Part shown: positions 18,271 to 26,265 of the stretch, one piece after another | Layout: the number at the start of each line of letters is the position of its first letter | Numbering within the stretch: the first letter of the stretch is position 1 | From: Mucisphaera calidilacus | GTDB lineage: Bacteria; Planctomycetota; Phycisphaerae; Phycisphaerales; Phycisphaeraceae | Length of the DNA: 32,000 bases | Assembly: GCF_007748075.1 (NCBI RefSeq) | Contig: NZ_CP036280.1 | Coordinates: 1,050,001-1,082,000 of the forward strand | Direction: 5' to 3' | Translations under genes and position numbers: made by a program | The notes under the pieces: generated by a model | Told to the model about the DNA's origin: nothing | The model's input: the letters and a program-made list of their open reading frames with translations, nothing else | The model's database searches: none

Positions 18271-20013
18271 TCAGTGCAGATTGCCCGCGACACGTCGCGG
18301 ATCATCAGAGCCGCGGAGGTTGGTGCGTGGCGGAACGCCGAGGTAGGCCAGCGACTGCTCGATGACGTTGCGGACGGCCGGCGCCGCAACCGTGCCCCCG
18401 TAGTGACCGATCGAGCGGTCCGGGTCATGAATGAAGCAGGCCACGATCAGCCGCGGATTCTCGGTCGGTGCACCGGCGATAAAAGACGACACGTAGCGAT
18501 GCTCGTAATAGCCGCCTTGTTCGAGATTGGGGAGCTGCGCGGTGCCCGTCTTGCCGAAGATCCGGTACAGATCCGAACGCGCGTGCCGCCCGGTGCCCTC
18601 CGTCACCACCCGGTCCAGAACCGTGCGCACGTACCGCGACATCTCGGGCGTCAGAACACGCCGCTGCTCGACAGGCGTGTCGTCGAGAACCAGCCTCGGC
18701 CGAACAAGCAGCCCGTCGTTCGCGAGCGTGGCGAACGCACGAACCATCTGCAAACCCGTCACGCCGATCTCATGCCCCATCGGGATCGAGGTCTGGGAAT
18801 AGTGGTTCCACCGGTGGCGTGGCCGAACGATGCCGACCGCCTCACGCGGAAAGCCCGAACCCGTCGCCTGACCGAAACCCAATCGAGTGACCGCGTCATG
18901 AAGATCCCGAATCGGCACACGCTGCGCCACGATCGCCATGCCGATATTCGAGGAAGTGATCAGCACCTGCTCCCACGTGATCGAGCCGTGCGGCTTGTCG
19001 TCCCGCAGGACCCGACCCCTCGGGCTCCGATACACGCCGTCGTCCTCGCAGTCGATGACCTCGTAAGGCGACGCAGCCCCAGCGTCCGTGAGACTGGCCC
19101 AGATCAGCGGCTTCAAGATCGATCCCGGCTCGAAGATGTCCGTGACGACACGCAGACGACGCTGCTCCTCCGTCGACTGCCGCACGTGGTTCGGGTCGAA
19201 CAGAGGAGCGTGCGCAACCGCCAGCAAATCACCCGACCACGGGTCCATCACGATCATCTGACCCGAGCCGGCGTGGTAACGCTCAACCGCCTCCACCAGC
19301 TGACGCTCGGCGATCGCCTGAATTGTCGAGTCCATCGCCAGCCGGACGGTCTGGCCATCGCTCTGCGGCTCAAAAGCGTTCGGCTCGACCCAGAGCTGAC
19401 GCCGACGCGCATCCACCGTGGCCCGGAAATGCCCCTGCCGGCTGTCGAGCTGATCATCAAAAAGACGCTCGATCCCCTCGAGACCATCACCATCCACGCC
19501 GACAAAACCGATGACCTGCCCGCCAAGCGACGCCAGCGGGTAAGTCCGTTTTAAATAGGTTTCGACGGCAAGCCCGTTGATATCGAGCTCGCGCGCAGAC
19601 CGCACGCGATAGGCCGGCGGATCGGGATCAATCACGATGTACCGACTGCCCTCACGCTCCGACAGCATCCTGTCGATGGCCACCGGGTCCAGACCGAGCT
19701 TCCCGCCAACCGTTGGCGCAAACATCAGCGGGTCGTCGATCAGATAAGGATCAACGAAGATGCGGTACCCGGTGTGGGTGATCGCCAGCGGGCGCCCGCG
19801 CCGATCCACAAGACCACCACGGCCGGCATCCAGCGAACGCTCCCGGTGCTGAAGCGCCATACGCTCGATAATCAAACCGTCGGGATTCATCGTCAACTGC
19901 GCGACGCGACCGAACACCGCCACGAAGCCCAGCGATACAAACCCCAGCAGCACCGTGGCGACCCACCCGGCGCGTGCCGCCGTCGCAGTAACGGGTGGCG
20001 TCGGCGTGCTCAA
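18271..20013 (-). CDS. ftsI: Peptidoglycan D,D-transpeptidase, class B PBP (FtsI/PBP3-like)
   Basis: An N-terminal TM anchor, SxxK (GSILKP), SxN (TSSNIG) and KTG (GKTGTAQ). The longest start is TTG at 20013, overlapping the ftsL-like stop (TTGA). It follows ftsL-like and rsmH as in dcw clusters. Confidence 0.88.
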   Translation of the reverse strand: MSTPTPPVTATAARAGWVATVLLGFVSLGFVAVFGRVAQLTMNPDGLIIERMALQHRERSLDAGRGGLVDRRGRPLAITHTGYRIFVDPYLIDDPLMFAPTVGGKLGLDPVAIDRMLSEREGSRYIVIDPDPPAYRVRSARELDINGLAVETYLKRTYPLASLGGQVIGFVGVDGDGLEGIERLFDDQLDSRQGHFRATVDARRRQLWVEPNAFEPQSDGQTVRLAMDSTIQAIAERQLVEAVERYHAGSGQMIVMDPWSGDLLAVAHAPLFDPNHVRQSTEEQRRLRVVTDIFEPGSILKPLIWASLTDAGAASPYEVIDCEDDGVYRSPRGRVLRDDKPHGSITWEQVLITSSNIGMAIVAQRVPIRDLHDAVTRLGFGQATGSGFPREAVGIVRPRHRWNHYSQTSIPMGHEIGVTGLQMVRAFATLANDGLLVRPRLVLDDTPVEQRRVLTPEMSRYVRTVLDRVVTEGTGRHARSDLYRIFGKTGTAQLPNLEQGGYYEHRYVSSFIAGAPTENPRLIVACFIHDPDRSIGHYGGTVAAPAVRNVIEQSLAYLGVPPRTNLRGSDDPRRVAGNLH

Positions 20014-20366
20014 GGCTGCACCGCCCAGTCCGCCAGCGTGATCGCTGTCTCGTCCTCGTCGGCAAGATCACTGTCGACCACCGGAAGTGTCTCGACGCCG
20101 TTCGGATCCAGGCGGTCCATCAACTCGAGCGGATGAGTCCGCTCGCCGATCTCGGCCTGGCTGTCCCAGACCTCCTTGCGGGCGTCGTCGAGTTTTCGGA
20201 AAGCCTGCCCCTGCTCGTGACGCGCCGACTGCTGGGCAAAACGCAGGTCAAGAAGCGTCATCGCCATGCACGCACCGGCGATCACCGCGACCGTCGTCTT
20301 GAGCATCGCCTGTCGATGCGGTCGCGTGACCGACGACCAGAGCCAGCGGAGAATCGGGATCAGCAT
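20010..20366 (-). CDS. ftsL: Small bitopic membrane protein, FtsL-like cell division protein (assigned by position and architecture)
   Basis: 118 aa with a short basic N-terminus, one TM helix (TTVAVIAGACMAMTLLDL), then a short helical segment. It sits directly upstream of ftsI and overlaps it. FtsL sequence conservation is inherently weak, so the call rests on synteny. Confidence 0.6.
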   Translation of the reverse strand: MLIPILRWLWSSVTRPHRQAMLKTTVAVIAGACMAMTLLDLRFAQQSARHEQGQAFRKLDDARKEVWDSQAEIGERTHPLELMDRLDPNGVETLPVVDSDLADEDETAITLADWAVQP

Positions 20367-20371
20367 CGGGT

Positions 20372-21364
20372 CTAACGCTCCGGCAGGCGGATGGCGGTGC
20401 CGAGGATCAGGCGGTCAGGGTCCTTGATCCGGTCCTGATTCAAGGCATAAATCTCATCCCACCGCGAGGAGGAGCCGAGCTTCGCCTGGGCAATGCTGCT
20501 CAAGCTGTCGCCAGACTTCACCGTGTATCCACGATCCTCTGAACCAGCGGACGAAGGCTTCGCTCCCGCACGATCATCCGCGGGCAGACGCAACACCATG
20601 CCGGGCCGGATGCGGTCCGGACTCGAGAGCTGATCACGATTGGCCTCGTAAAGATCGTCCCAGCGGTCGGTGGAGCCAAGGTGACGTTTGGCCAGTCGCG
20701 CCAGAGAATCGCCTTCCTCGACGCGAACGGTCGCAGGCCTCGAAGCAGGCCGGGAGGGCTCGGTCCGGCTCTCGGCGACGGGCCGCTCTGCCGCAGGGAT
20801 CGTCAGACGCGCACCCGGGACGATTCGCCCATCAGGACCCACGTCAGCAGGGTTGGCGGCAGCGATCCTGCGCCACAGGTTCCGGTCGCCGTAGTAACGC
20901 TGAGCAATCGCCGACAGCGACTCGCCCGACTTCACGGTGTGAACACGCTCGACCACCTGCTGCGGCTTCTCCTCAAGACGCAGGAGCCGTGGTGGTGTCT
21001 CACGAGGCGGCTCGACGCGCGGCGCAGGCTCAGGCTCTGTGATGACGGCCTCGCGAGGCGGCGTGCTCCCGATACGCATCACCGGGACGTCCCGGCTCGG
21101 CACCGGCCGCAGAAGCTCCTCACGGACCGAAGCATTGGCCTCTTGTGGCGTGGGGATCGGGTTGGCCTGCGGCTGCGCGACGGCGATGCGCGTCGTGCGC
21201 TGCACCGCCGGCTCAGCGGCCGTCTCCGGCTGCGGCAGGCCATAGTCGAGCAGGGGGGCGTTGTCGTCCGGATTCGGCACCGCCAGCTGATCGCTGATGA
21301 CGATCCCGATCACGAGAACCATGCCCAGGCCGATGAGAAGACTGATTTTGGTGTCGCTGTTCAT
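20372..21364 (-). CDS. Membrane-anchored protein with a Pro-rich linker and three LysM peptidoglycan-binding domains
   Basis: TM helix ISLLIGLGMVLVIGIVI (aa 8-25). LysM repeats: HTVKSGESLSAIAQRYYGDRNLWRRIAAANP...RLTIP, VRVEEGDSLARLAKRHLGSTDRWDDLYEANR...VLRLP and YTVKSGDSLSSIAQAKLGSSSRWDEIYALNQ...AIRLP. ATG is at 21364 (the track starts at the adjacent GTG, 21367). No catalytic domain was recognised. Confidence 0.85.
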   Translation of the reverse strand: MNSDTKISLLIGLGMVLVIGIVISDQLAVPNPDDNAPLLDYGLPQPETAAEPAVQRTTRIAVAQPQANPIPTPQEANASVREELLRPVPSRDVPVMRIGSTPPREAVITEPEPAPRVEPPRETPPRLLRLEEKPQQVVERVHTVKSGESLSAIAQRYYGDRNLWRRIAAANPADVGPDGRIVPGARLTIPAAERPVAESRTEPSRPASRPATVRVEEGDSLARLAKRHLGSTDRWDDLYEANRDQLSSPDRIRPGMVLRLPADDRAGAKPSSAGSEDRGYTVKSGDSLSSIAQAKLGSSSRWDEIYALNQDRIKDPDRLILGTAIRLPER

Positions 21365-21411
21365 CACCCTGTCGTCCTTGAGGGGTGAGAGATGAAAAGA
21401 GGTCCGACGGG

Positions 21412-22326
21412 CTATCCGTGCCAGATCAGAGCACGCAGTTTAGCGGATCGTGAGCGTGGGTTCGCGGTCGCCTCGGCAAGGTCCGCCTCGATCGGCTTCC
21501 GGCTGATCAGAGCCGCCCGATTCTCACGCTTCCAGCCCGCAAACGCCCGCTTCACCGGGCGATCCTCCAGCGAGTGGAAACTGATGATCCCCACACGACC
21601 ACCCGCCGCCACGGAACCAGGGATCTGTTCGAGCAGGCTTTCCAACGCGGTCAGCTCCTGATTCACGGCGATACGCAGCGCCATAAACGTTCGGGTCGCG
21701 GGGTGCATCCGAGATCGGTGGGCCGCTGGCCCGTAGACATCCCGAACCAGCTCCGCGAGCGCCTTGGTAACGATAATCGGCTGTTCGCGACGGGCCTCGA
21801 CAATCTTTCGCGCGATCCGTCGCGAAAGCCGTTCCTCCCCGAATCGATAGATCAGATCGGCCAGCTCGCGCTCACTCGCCTCCGCGACCAGATCGGCCGC
21901 GGTCGTCCCCCCCGTCGGGTCAAGCCGCATGTCCAGAGGGCCGTCCTCGGAAAACGCCAGCCCGCGTTCGGCCTGATCCACCTGGTTCGACGCAAAACCC
22001 AGGTCGGCGAGCAGCACGTCCGCTCGATCCAGCCCGTGCTCAGCCATCGCATCACCCAGGCGGGCAAAGCTCCCGTGATAGGCCTCCAACGCGACGTCGC
22101 CCGATCGCGCGGCAGCGGCAAGGCGTTCACGGCTGTACGCGAGATTCCCCGGGTCTCGGTCGATCAGCAGCAATCGCCCCCCGGGCCGTATCCGCTCCAG
22201 GATCGCCTCGGCATGGCCACCTCGGCCGGCGGTCGCATCGATCGCCGTCTCCCCCGGCTGGGGATCCAGCGCCTCGACGGTCTGCCGCAGCAGGACGGGA
22301 ACGTGGCCATGGAGCGAATCAGGCAT
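21412..22326 (-). CDS. rsmH: 16S rRNA (cytosine1402-N4)-methyltransferase RsmH (MraW)
   Basis: Motifs: HVPVLLRQTVEAL, DATAGRGGHAEAIL, DRDP, DLGFASNQVD and ISFHSLEDRPVK. ATG is at 22326 (the track uses the TTG at 22329). No mraZ lies upstream. Confidence 0.92.
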   Translation of the reverse strand: MPDSLHGHVPVLLRQTVEALDPQPGETAIDATAGRGGHAEAILERIRPGGRLLLIDRDPGNLAYSRERLAAAARSGDVALEAYHGSFARLGDAMAEHGLDRADVLLADLGFASNQVDQAERGLAFSEDGPLDMRLDPTGGTTAADLVAEASERELADLIYRFGEERLSRRIARKIVEARREQPIIVTKALAELVRDVYGPAAHRSRMHPATRTFMALRIAVNQELTALESLLEQIPGSVAAGGRVGIISFHSLEDRPVKRAFAGWKRENRAALISRKPIEADLAEATANPRSRSAKLRALIWHG

Positions 22327-22369
22327 CAACAGGGGGTTATAAGGCGCTCGGCACGGCCTTGCACGCCAC

Positions 22370-22399
22370 TTGCCCCGCCTGGCCGATTTGAGGTACAGT
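22370..22399 (+). promoter_or_regulatory. Speculative sigma70-like promoter for tRNA-Leu
   Basis: TTGCCC (22370-22375), an 18-nt spacer, then TACAGT (22394-22399), about 30 nt upstream of the mature tRNA 5' end. This is pattern match only. Confidence 0.2.
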
Positions 22400-22428
22400 C
22401 TCAGGTGCAGCCCAGTGCTGACTGGCTT

Positions 22429-22512
22429 GCCCGTGTGGCGGAATTGGCAGACGCGCCGTCTTCAGGTGGCGGTTCCTTCACCGGAGTACAGGTTCGAATC
22501 CTGTCACGGGCA
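22429..22512 (+). tRNA. tRNA-Leu (anticodon CAG), class II with a long variable arm, no encoded CCA
   Basis: Folded by hand. The acceptor stem GCCCGTG/CACGGGC is 7 perfect bp. D-stem is GCG/CGC. The anticodon stem is CCGTC/GGCGG with loop TT-CAG-GT (CAG at 22463-22465). The variable arm is 15 nt with a TCC/GGA stem. The T-arm is ACAGG-TTCGAAT-CCTGT. The discriminator is A. Confidence 0.95.
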
Positions 22513-22515
22513 TTT

Positions 22516-22533
22516 GGCTTCCTCAGGGAAGCC
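22516..22533 (+). other. Hairpin immediately 3' of tRNA-Leu
   Basis: GGCTTCC (22516-22522), TCAG loop, GGAAGCC (22527-22533). No U-tract follows, so it may be a processing or termination structure. Confidence 0.3.
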
Positions 22534-22599
22534 CCCTGACAAAAAGCGCCGACGGGAACCAAGGCCAACCAGCCTCACATACGCCTGTGCACATGAGAA

Positions 22600-22621
22600 A
22601 GCCCGGCACAGAGGCCGGGCT
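22600..22621 (-). terminator. Candidate terminator of the PHP/PEP-CTERM gene
   Basis: The minus-strand RNA AGCCCGGC-CUCUGU-GCCGGGCU (8-bp stem) is followed by UUCUCAU. It lies about 40 nt downstream of the stop at 22659. A 15-nt palindrome GACGGTC-G-GACCGTC (22642-22656) lies between the stop and the hairpin. Confidence 0.5.
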
Positions 22622-22658
22622 GGAGTAAGGCGAGGATCAGGGACGGTCGGACCGTCGA

Positions 22659-24863
22659 TCAGTGACCGCGACGAAGCATCATCAGGCCGCCGAGGCCGAG
22701 CAGCGCCAGAGAGGCCGGCTCGGGCACCGCGTCGTAGTAGACGCGGAGCATGGGAGCGTTCGCACCCTCGGAAGTATCGAAGTCCCAGCCGTCGCCGCCG
22801 ATCGGGCTGAAGAGCCAGCCGAAGTTGCTGGTGGGATCAGCAAGCCAGGCCTCAAGGCTCTTGGTCACTTCGATCGTCACCGTACCGGTCATGCCCGAGG
22901 TGAACGCGTCAGCGACCGCGACGGCCTCGACCCCGTCGTTCTGGATGCCGTCGCCGCCAAAGTCGCCCGCCCACGTGGCATCGTCCGACCACGCCTGAAG
23001 CATGCGGTGCAGGTTCGCTCCCGTGCCGGGGTTGGTGCCGGTAAGGATCAGCTCGGCGAGGAGGATGCGGGTCGTCTCATCGGTGGGGATCTGACCCGCT
23101 TCATCACCAAAGATGTTGTCGAACATGAGCAGGCCGTGGTTGTCATTGCCCGTGCCGTGAGGATCGTTGTTGTCGATGCTCATGGAGGCGACGGTGGCGT
23201 GGCTCGTCGTCGGCTCCGACTCGGCAAGGTAGGTGTCCTCGGTGCCGTCGTAGGCCTCCTCGCCTTCCTGGAAGGTGGCGGCGATGACACCCTCACGCAG
23301 AGCCTTGATCGTGAGGACCGGCGCGTCAGCGCCCTCGCTGGTGTCGAAGTCGATGCCGTTCGTGCCGTTGGTGAACGGCTTGAGGCCCAGGCCGTTGTTG
23401 GTCTCGCCATCGGCCCACGCCTGAGCGGCCGTGGTGACATCAAGATCGAGGAGGCCCGTGCCGACGTTGCTGCTGCCGTTGTTGGCACCAACCTTGGTGA
23501 TGGCTTCGTTCTCGGCGTTGGTGCCGGGCGTGATGCCATTGAGGTCGTTCCAGGTCGTCGCGTCAGACCACTCGGTCGTCATCGCGAACACCTCGAAGCC
23601 GCTGCCGGGGTTGTGGACATCGAGCGTCACCGTGGCCGACTCGATCACGGTGCCGGCGGGGATCTGACCCTCGTTGTCGCCGACGATGTTGTCGAACTTG
23701 ATCAGGCCGTGGTTGGGCTGGAGACCCGGGCTGCCGTCGTCACCGTCGACGCTGATGTGGTCCACAGAGCCGTAGCTGCTGCCGGGAGCCGAAGAACGAA
23801 TCATCGTGTCGGTGGTGCCCGCGTAACCCGCCACACCCTGCTCGAAGGTGTACTCAACGAAGGGCGAGGGGGGCTCTTCGATCGGAGCCGAGTCGTCATC
23901 GACGCCGAACGGCTGGGTGTAGGTGATGCCGGTCGGGCCGTGCAACTCGGCGCGGACGTAGGAATCGCCCGAACCGGCCATGACGGCGTTGTAGTCAAAG
24001 GTGGCTCCGCTGGCGACGTGCGCGCCCTCGGAGATCCAGCGGATCTCGGAATAGCCGTCGCCGGCGATCGAGATCGTGCCCGCTGCATCGTCCACGTCGA
24101 TCGAGCCGATCGTGGGGACCGCGCCGTCCTGGACGGGCGAGTAGGAGAAGTAACTGTGACCCTCGACCATGGCGTTGCGCACCGCGGTCTCGGTCAGCTC
24201 GGGAAGGAGGAAGAAGTTGGTGTTACGGCCGACGTGCGAGGTGCGGTGCGTGTCGTCGTTGGAGAAACCCCAGACAAAGCGGTCGTTGGGGACGGTCTCG
24301 GTCAGGATGGCGTCCCACTTGGCACGGTCGCCCGAGTAGCGGTCGCCCTGGTTGTAGACCTCCATGCCGATGAGGTGGTCGTAGTTGTTGTAGTGGTCGA
24401 CATACCACTGAGTGCTGCGGTTGTAACGGCCGGGGTGAGCGATGATGCTCAGGCCGCCGTTGGCACCGATCGTCTGGAAACTCGTGTCAATGTTGTTCGA
24501 CGAGCCGTTGTAGCCGTTGAACAGGCTGAGGATGTGGTCGTGCCGCGAAGGCTCGCAGCCCTGAATCGCGATCATCCCGAGATCGGCAGGGTTGCGACCG
24601 TAGTCGTTCCACGACCAGGTCGTCGTGTTGTGATCGGTCAGGGCGAGGATGCCGTAGCCACGGCTGGCGTACTCGTCGATACGCTCGGCGGGCGTCTCAG
24701 CGCCGTCGCTCTGGGTGGTGTGGTTGTGCAGGTTGCCTTTGTGCTGGCCGAAGGTCGACCAGTCAACGCCCGCGTAAGGGTTGTCGAAGCTGACGCCGTA
24801 CGTCAACGCGGGCATGGCCGTCGAGGCGGCCAGCATCAGGGTCATGGGCAGAGCATTCTTCAC
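22659..24863 (-). CDS. Secreted PHP-domain metallo-phosphoesterase-like protein with two tandem DNRLRE-like beta-rich domains and a C-terminal PEP-CTERM sorting signal
   Basis: Signal-peptide-like N-terminus (KNALPMTLMLAASTAMPALTYG). PHP metal-ligand motifs in order: GNLHNHTTQSDG, LALTDHN, IIAHPGR and SNDDTH. The two paralogous domains of about 185 aa each end in DFDTSEGA(D/N)AP(V/M)L. The C-terminus VPEPASLALLGLGGLMMLRRGH is PEP + TM + basic. The start was chosen at GTG 24863, which is preceded by AGGAGA at 7 nt. The track's longest ORF reaches 24905, and ATG 24845 is also possible. Confidence 0.8.
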   Translation of the reverse strand: MKNALPMTLMLAASTAMPALTYGVSFDNPYAGVDWSTFGQHKGNLHNHTTQSDGAETPAERIDEYASRGYGILALTDHNTTTWSWNDYGRNPADLGMIAIQGCEPSRHDHILSLFNGYNGSSNNIDTSFQTIGANGGLSIIAHPGRYNRSTQWYVDHYNNYDHLIGMEVYNQGDRYSGDRAKWDAILTETVPNDRFVWGFSNDDTHRTSHVGRNTNFFLLPELTETAVRNAMVEGHSYFSYSPVQDGAVPTIGSIDVDDAAGTISIAGDGYSEIRWISEGAHVASGATFDYNAVMAGSGDSYVRAELHGPTGITYTQPFGVDDDSAPIEEPPSPFVEYTFEQGVAGYAGTTDTMIRSSAPGSSYGSVDHISVDGDDGSPGLQPNHGLIKFDNIVGDNEGQIPAGTVIESATVTLDVHNPGSGFEVFAMTTEWSDATTWNDLNGITPGTNAENEAITKVGANNGSSNVGTGLLDLDVTTAAQAWADGETNNGLGLKPFTNGTNGIDFDTSEGADAPVLTIKALREGVIAATFQEGEEAYDGTEDTYLAESEPTTSHATVASMSIDNNDPHGTGNDNHGLLMFDNIFGDEAGQIPTDETTRILLAELILTGTNPGTGANLHRMLQAWSDDATWAGDFGGDGIQNDGVEAVAVADAFTSGMTGTVTIEVTKSLEAWLADPTSNFGWLFSPIGGDGWDFDTSEGANAPMLRVYYDAVPEPASLALLGLGGLMMLRRGH
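22734..23852 (-). repeat. Tandem intragenic domain duplication (2 x about 185 aa) in the PHP/PEP-CTERM protein
   Basis: Copy 1 is aa ~352-535 (23301-23852) and copy 2 is aa ~543-724 (22734-23279), numbered from the 24905 ORF. Shared blocks: F(E/Q)(Q/E)G..Y.GT.DT, NHGL(I/L)(K/M)FDNI(V/F)GD(N/E).GQIP, W(S)D(A/D)ATW and DFDTSEGA.AP.L. Confidence 0.8.
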
Positions 24864-25127
24864 TTGAGCTTCTCCTGGGCATAAGCGGCGTACAGCCGCT
24901 CGCATCAGGGGGCGACGCCCCTGTGCAGGTTGGTGGTTGGTGATCCGCTGTGATGGACAGCTACCGGAACGGTGACCGCATGCGTTCGGGCGGCACCTTA
25001 GTGGAAGACCCTGAGGCGGGCAATCGTACTAACGATAAACACATCTTGTTATCTTTAGATGAGCCAAGGTTGACAGAGAAGATCACCTTCCACTGAATGT
25101 GACAGTCGTCTTGGGATGTTGGCGTGC

Positions 25128-26225
25128 TCAGGAACTCTGATCACGAATGGCGAATGCGGACCTGAAATCGTCCCAGTCGCGCGGCGTCATTAAGCTGCGC
25201 GTGAAACGGAATCGGGTGATGAGCATGGACAGGGCCGTTGCACTGGTGATGACCAGGAGGTAGGTAAGACTTGCGGAAAGCAACCTGTCGAGCTCCGGCT
25301 GCAATTTGAGGACGATGCGCAGGTACGCTTGGTAGATGAGGGAGTGGGAGAGGTAGATCAGCAGGGAGTGGCGGCCGAAGGTGGCGAGTATGGCGGGATT
25401 GCGCAGATAGGAGAGCAGACCCGCAATAAGCATGAAAGCGCCTGCAGGACATAGAATTTGGCCAATGAATCCAATCGGATGATTGACGGTGTGGAGTGCC
25501 AGGTGTGCGATGTTGACGGCTTGATCATCGATGAAAATGGCAGTTTGTCCAATGAGCAGGGCCAGTGCGCCGATGAGCATGATGAGCCAGCGCGGTGCGG
25601 TTGACGTAGCGTTCATGAGATCGACAGTGCCCACGGCGATAGGCCAGATGGCCATGACAAGCAGGATGTTACCGACCTGGTACTTGGCCAGTGGCTGGCC
25701 GCCCCAACCGACGAACATCAATACAGCGATGCATAGCAGGATCCAGGCGCCCTTGAGTTGCGGTTGTTCTTTGAGCGCAGCGCGGAAGATCGTGAGCGTC
25801 AGCAGGGCAGGGAGAAACCAGTAGAGTTGGAAGCCGCACGCGTGGTTGAGCATGCCCGCTGTGCCGAAGGAAAGTCCGAACAGCAGATGGGTGAACCAGC
25901 CAAGCGGATCGGCCATCCGCTTCTCGATGATGAAGAAAATGACGGCTGCGAGGAGTGTCCAGCACACATAGGGGATGAGGTAGCGGGTGCAGCGATCACG
26001 AAGGAAGGCGAGCGATATCGGCTTGGTCGGGAAGGCGAAGGCAAGGATGAAGAAGGCGTGCACATGAAAAGCGTAGAGCGCTTTGAAGAGGCCGGGGATC
26101 TGGCTAGAGAAGAGCGTGTTGTGGCCAAGAACAATCAACAGGATGAAGACACCCTTGAGAGCGTCAAGTTGTATGGATGTCAGGCCGAGTGCCACGACCT
26201 TGTCATCTCTTCTCGCGGTCATCAT
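25128..26225 (-). CDS. Integral-membrane acyltransferase-3 family protein (second copy in the window), lower GC than its surroundings
   Basis: The N-terminal LDALKGVFILLIVLGHNT motif and about 10 TM helices. A strong Shine-Dalgarno (GGAGGAAAAC) precedes the ATG. Sampled 60-nt lines are 48-62% GC, against about 65-68% in neighbouring genes. Confidence 0.78.
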   Translation of the reverse strand: MMTARRDDKVVALGLTSIQLDALKGVFILLIVLGHNTLFSSQIPGLFKALYAFHVHAFFILAFAFPTKPISLAFLRDRCTRYLIPYVCWTLLAAVIFFIIEKRMADPLGWFTHLLFGLSFGTAGMLNHACGFQLYWFLPALLTLTIFRAALKEQPQLKGAWILLCIAVLMFVGWGGQPLAKYQVGNILLVMAIWPIAVGTVDLMNATSTAPRWLIMLIGALALLIGQTAIFIDDQAVNIAHLALHTVNHPIGFIGQILCPAGAFMLIAGLLSYLRNPAILATFGRHSLLIYLSHSLIYQAYLRIVLKLQPELDRLLSASLTYLLVITSATALSMLITRFRFTRSLMTPRDWDDFRSAFAIRDQSS

Positions 26226-26265
26226 GTTTTCCTCCGGTTGTCATCGCGATTCAATAGGCCGAGTA

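Noticed and set aside
25070-25104. A perfect -35 hexamer TTGACA on the + strand with a possible weak -10 (CTGAAT) 17 nt downstream.
   Set aside because: No + strand gene lies downstream; the next 7 kb is minus-strand coding. The -10 matches only 3 of 6 positions. It is probably a chance match in an AT-richer spacer, or at most an antisense promoter.
22429-26265. A genomic island integrated at tRNA-Leu (tRNA followed by a surface protein and a low-GC gene).
   Set aside because: I found no integrase or recombinase, and no direct repeat of the tRNA 3' end (…GGTTCGAATCCTGTCACGGGCA) in 22513-26300. The PHP/PEP-CTERM gene has native-looking high GC. Only the single AT3 gene is compositionally odd.
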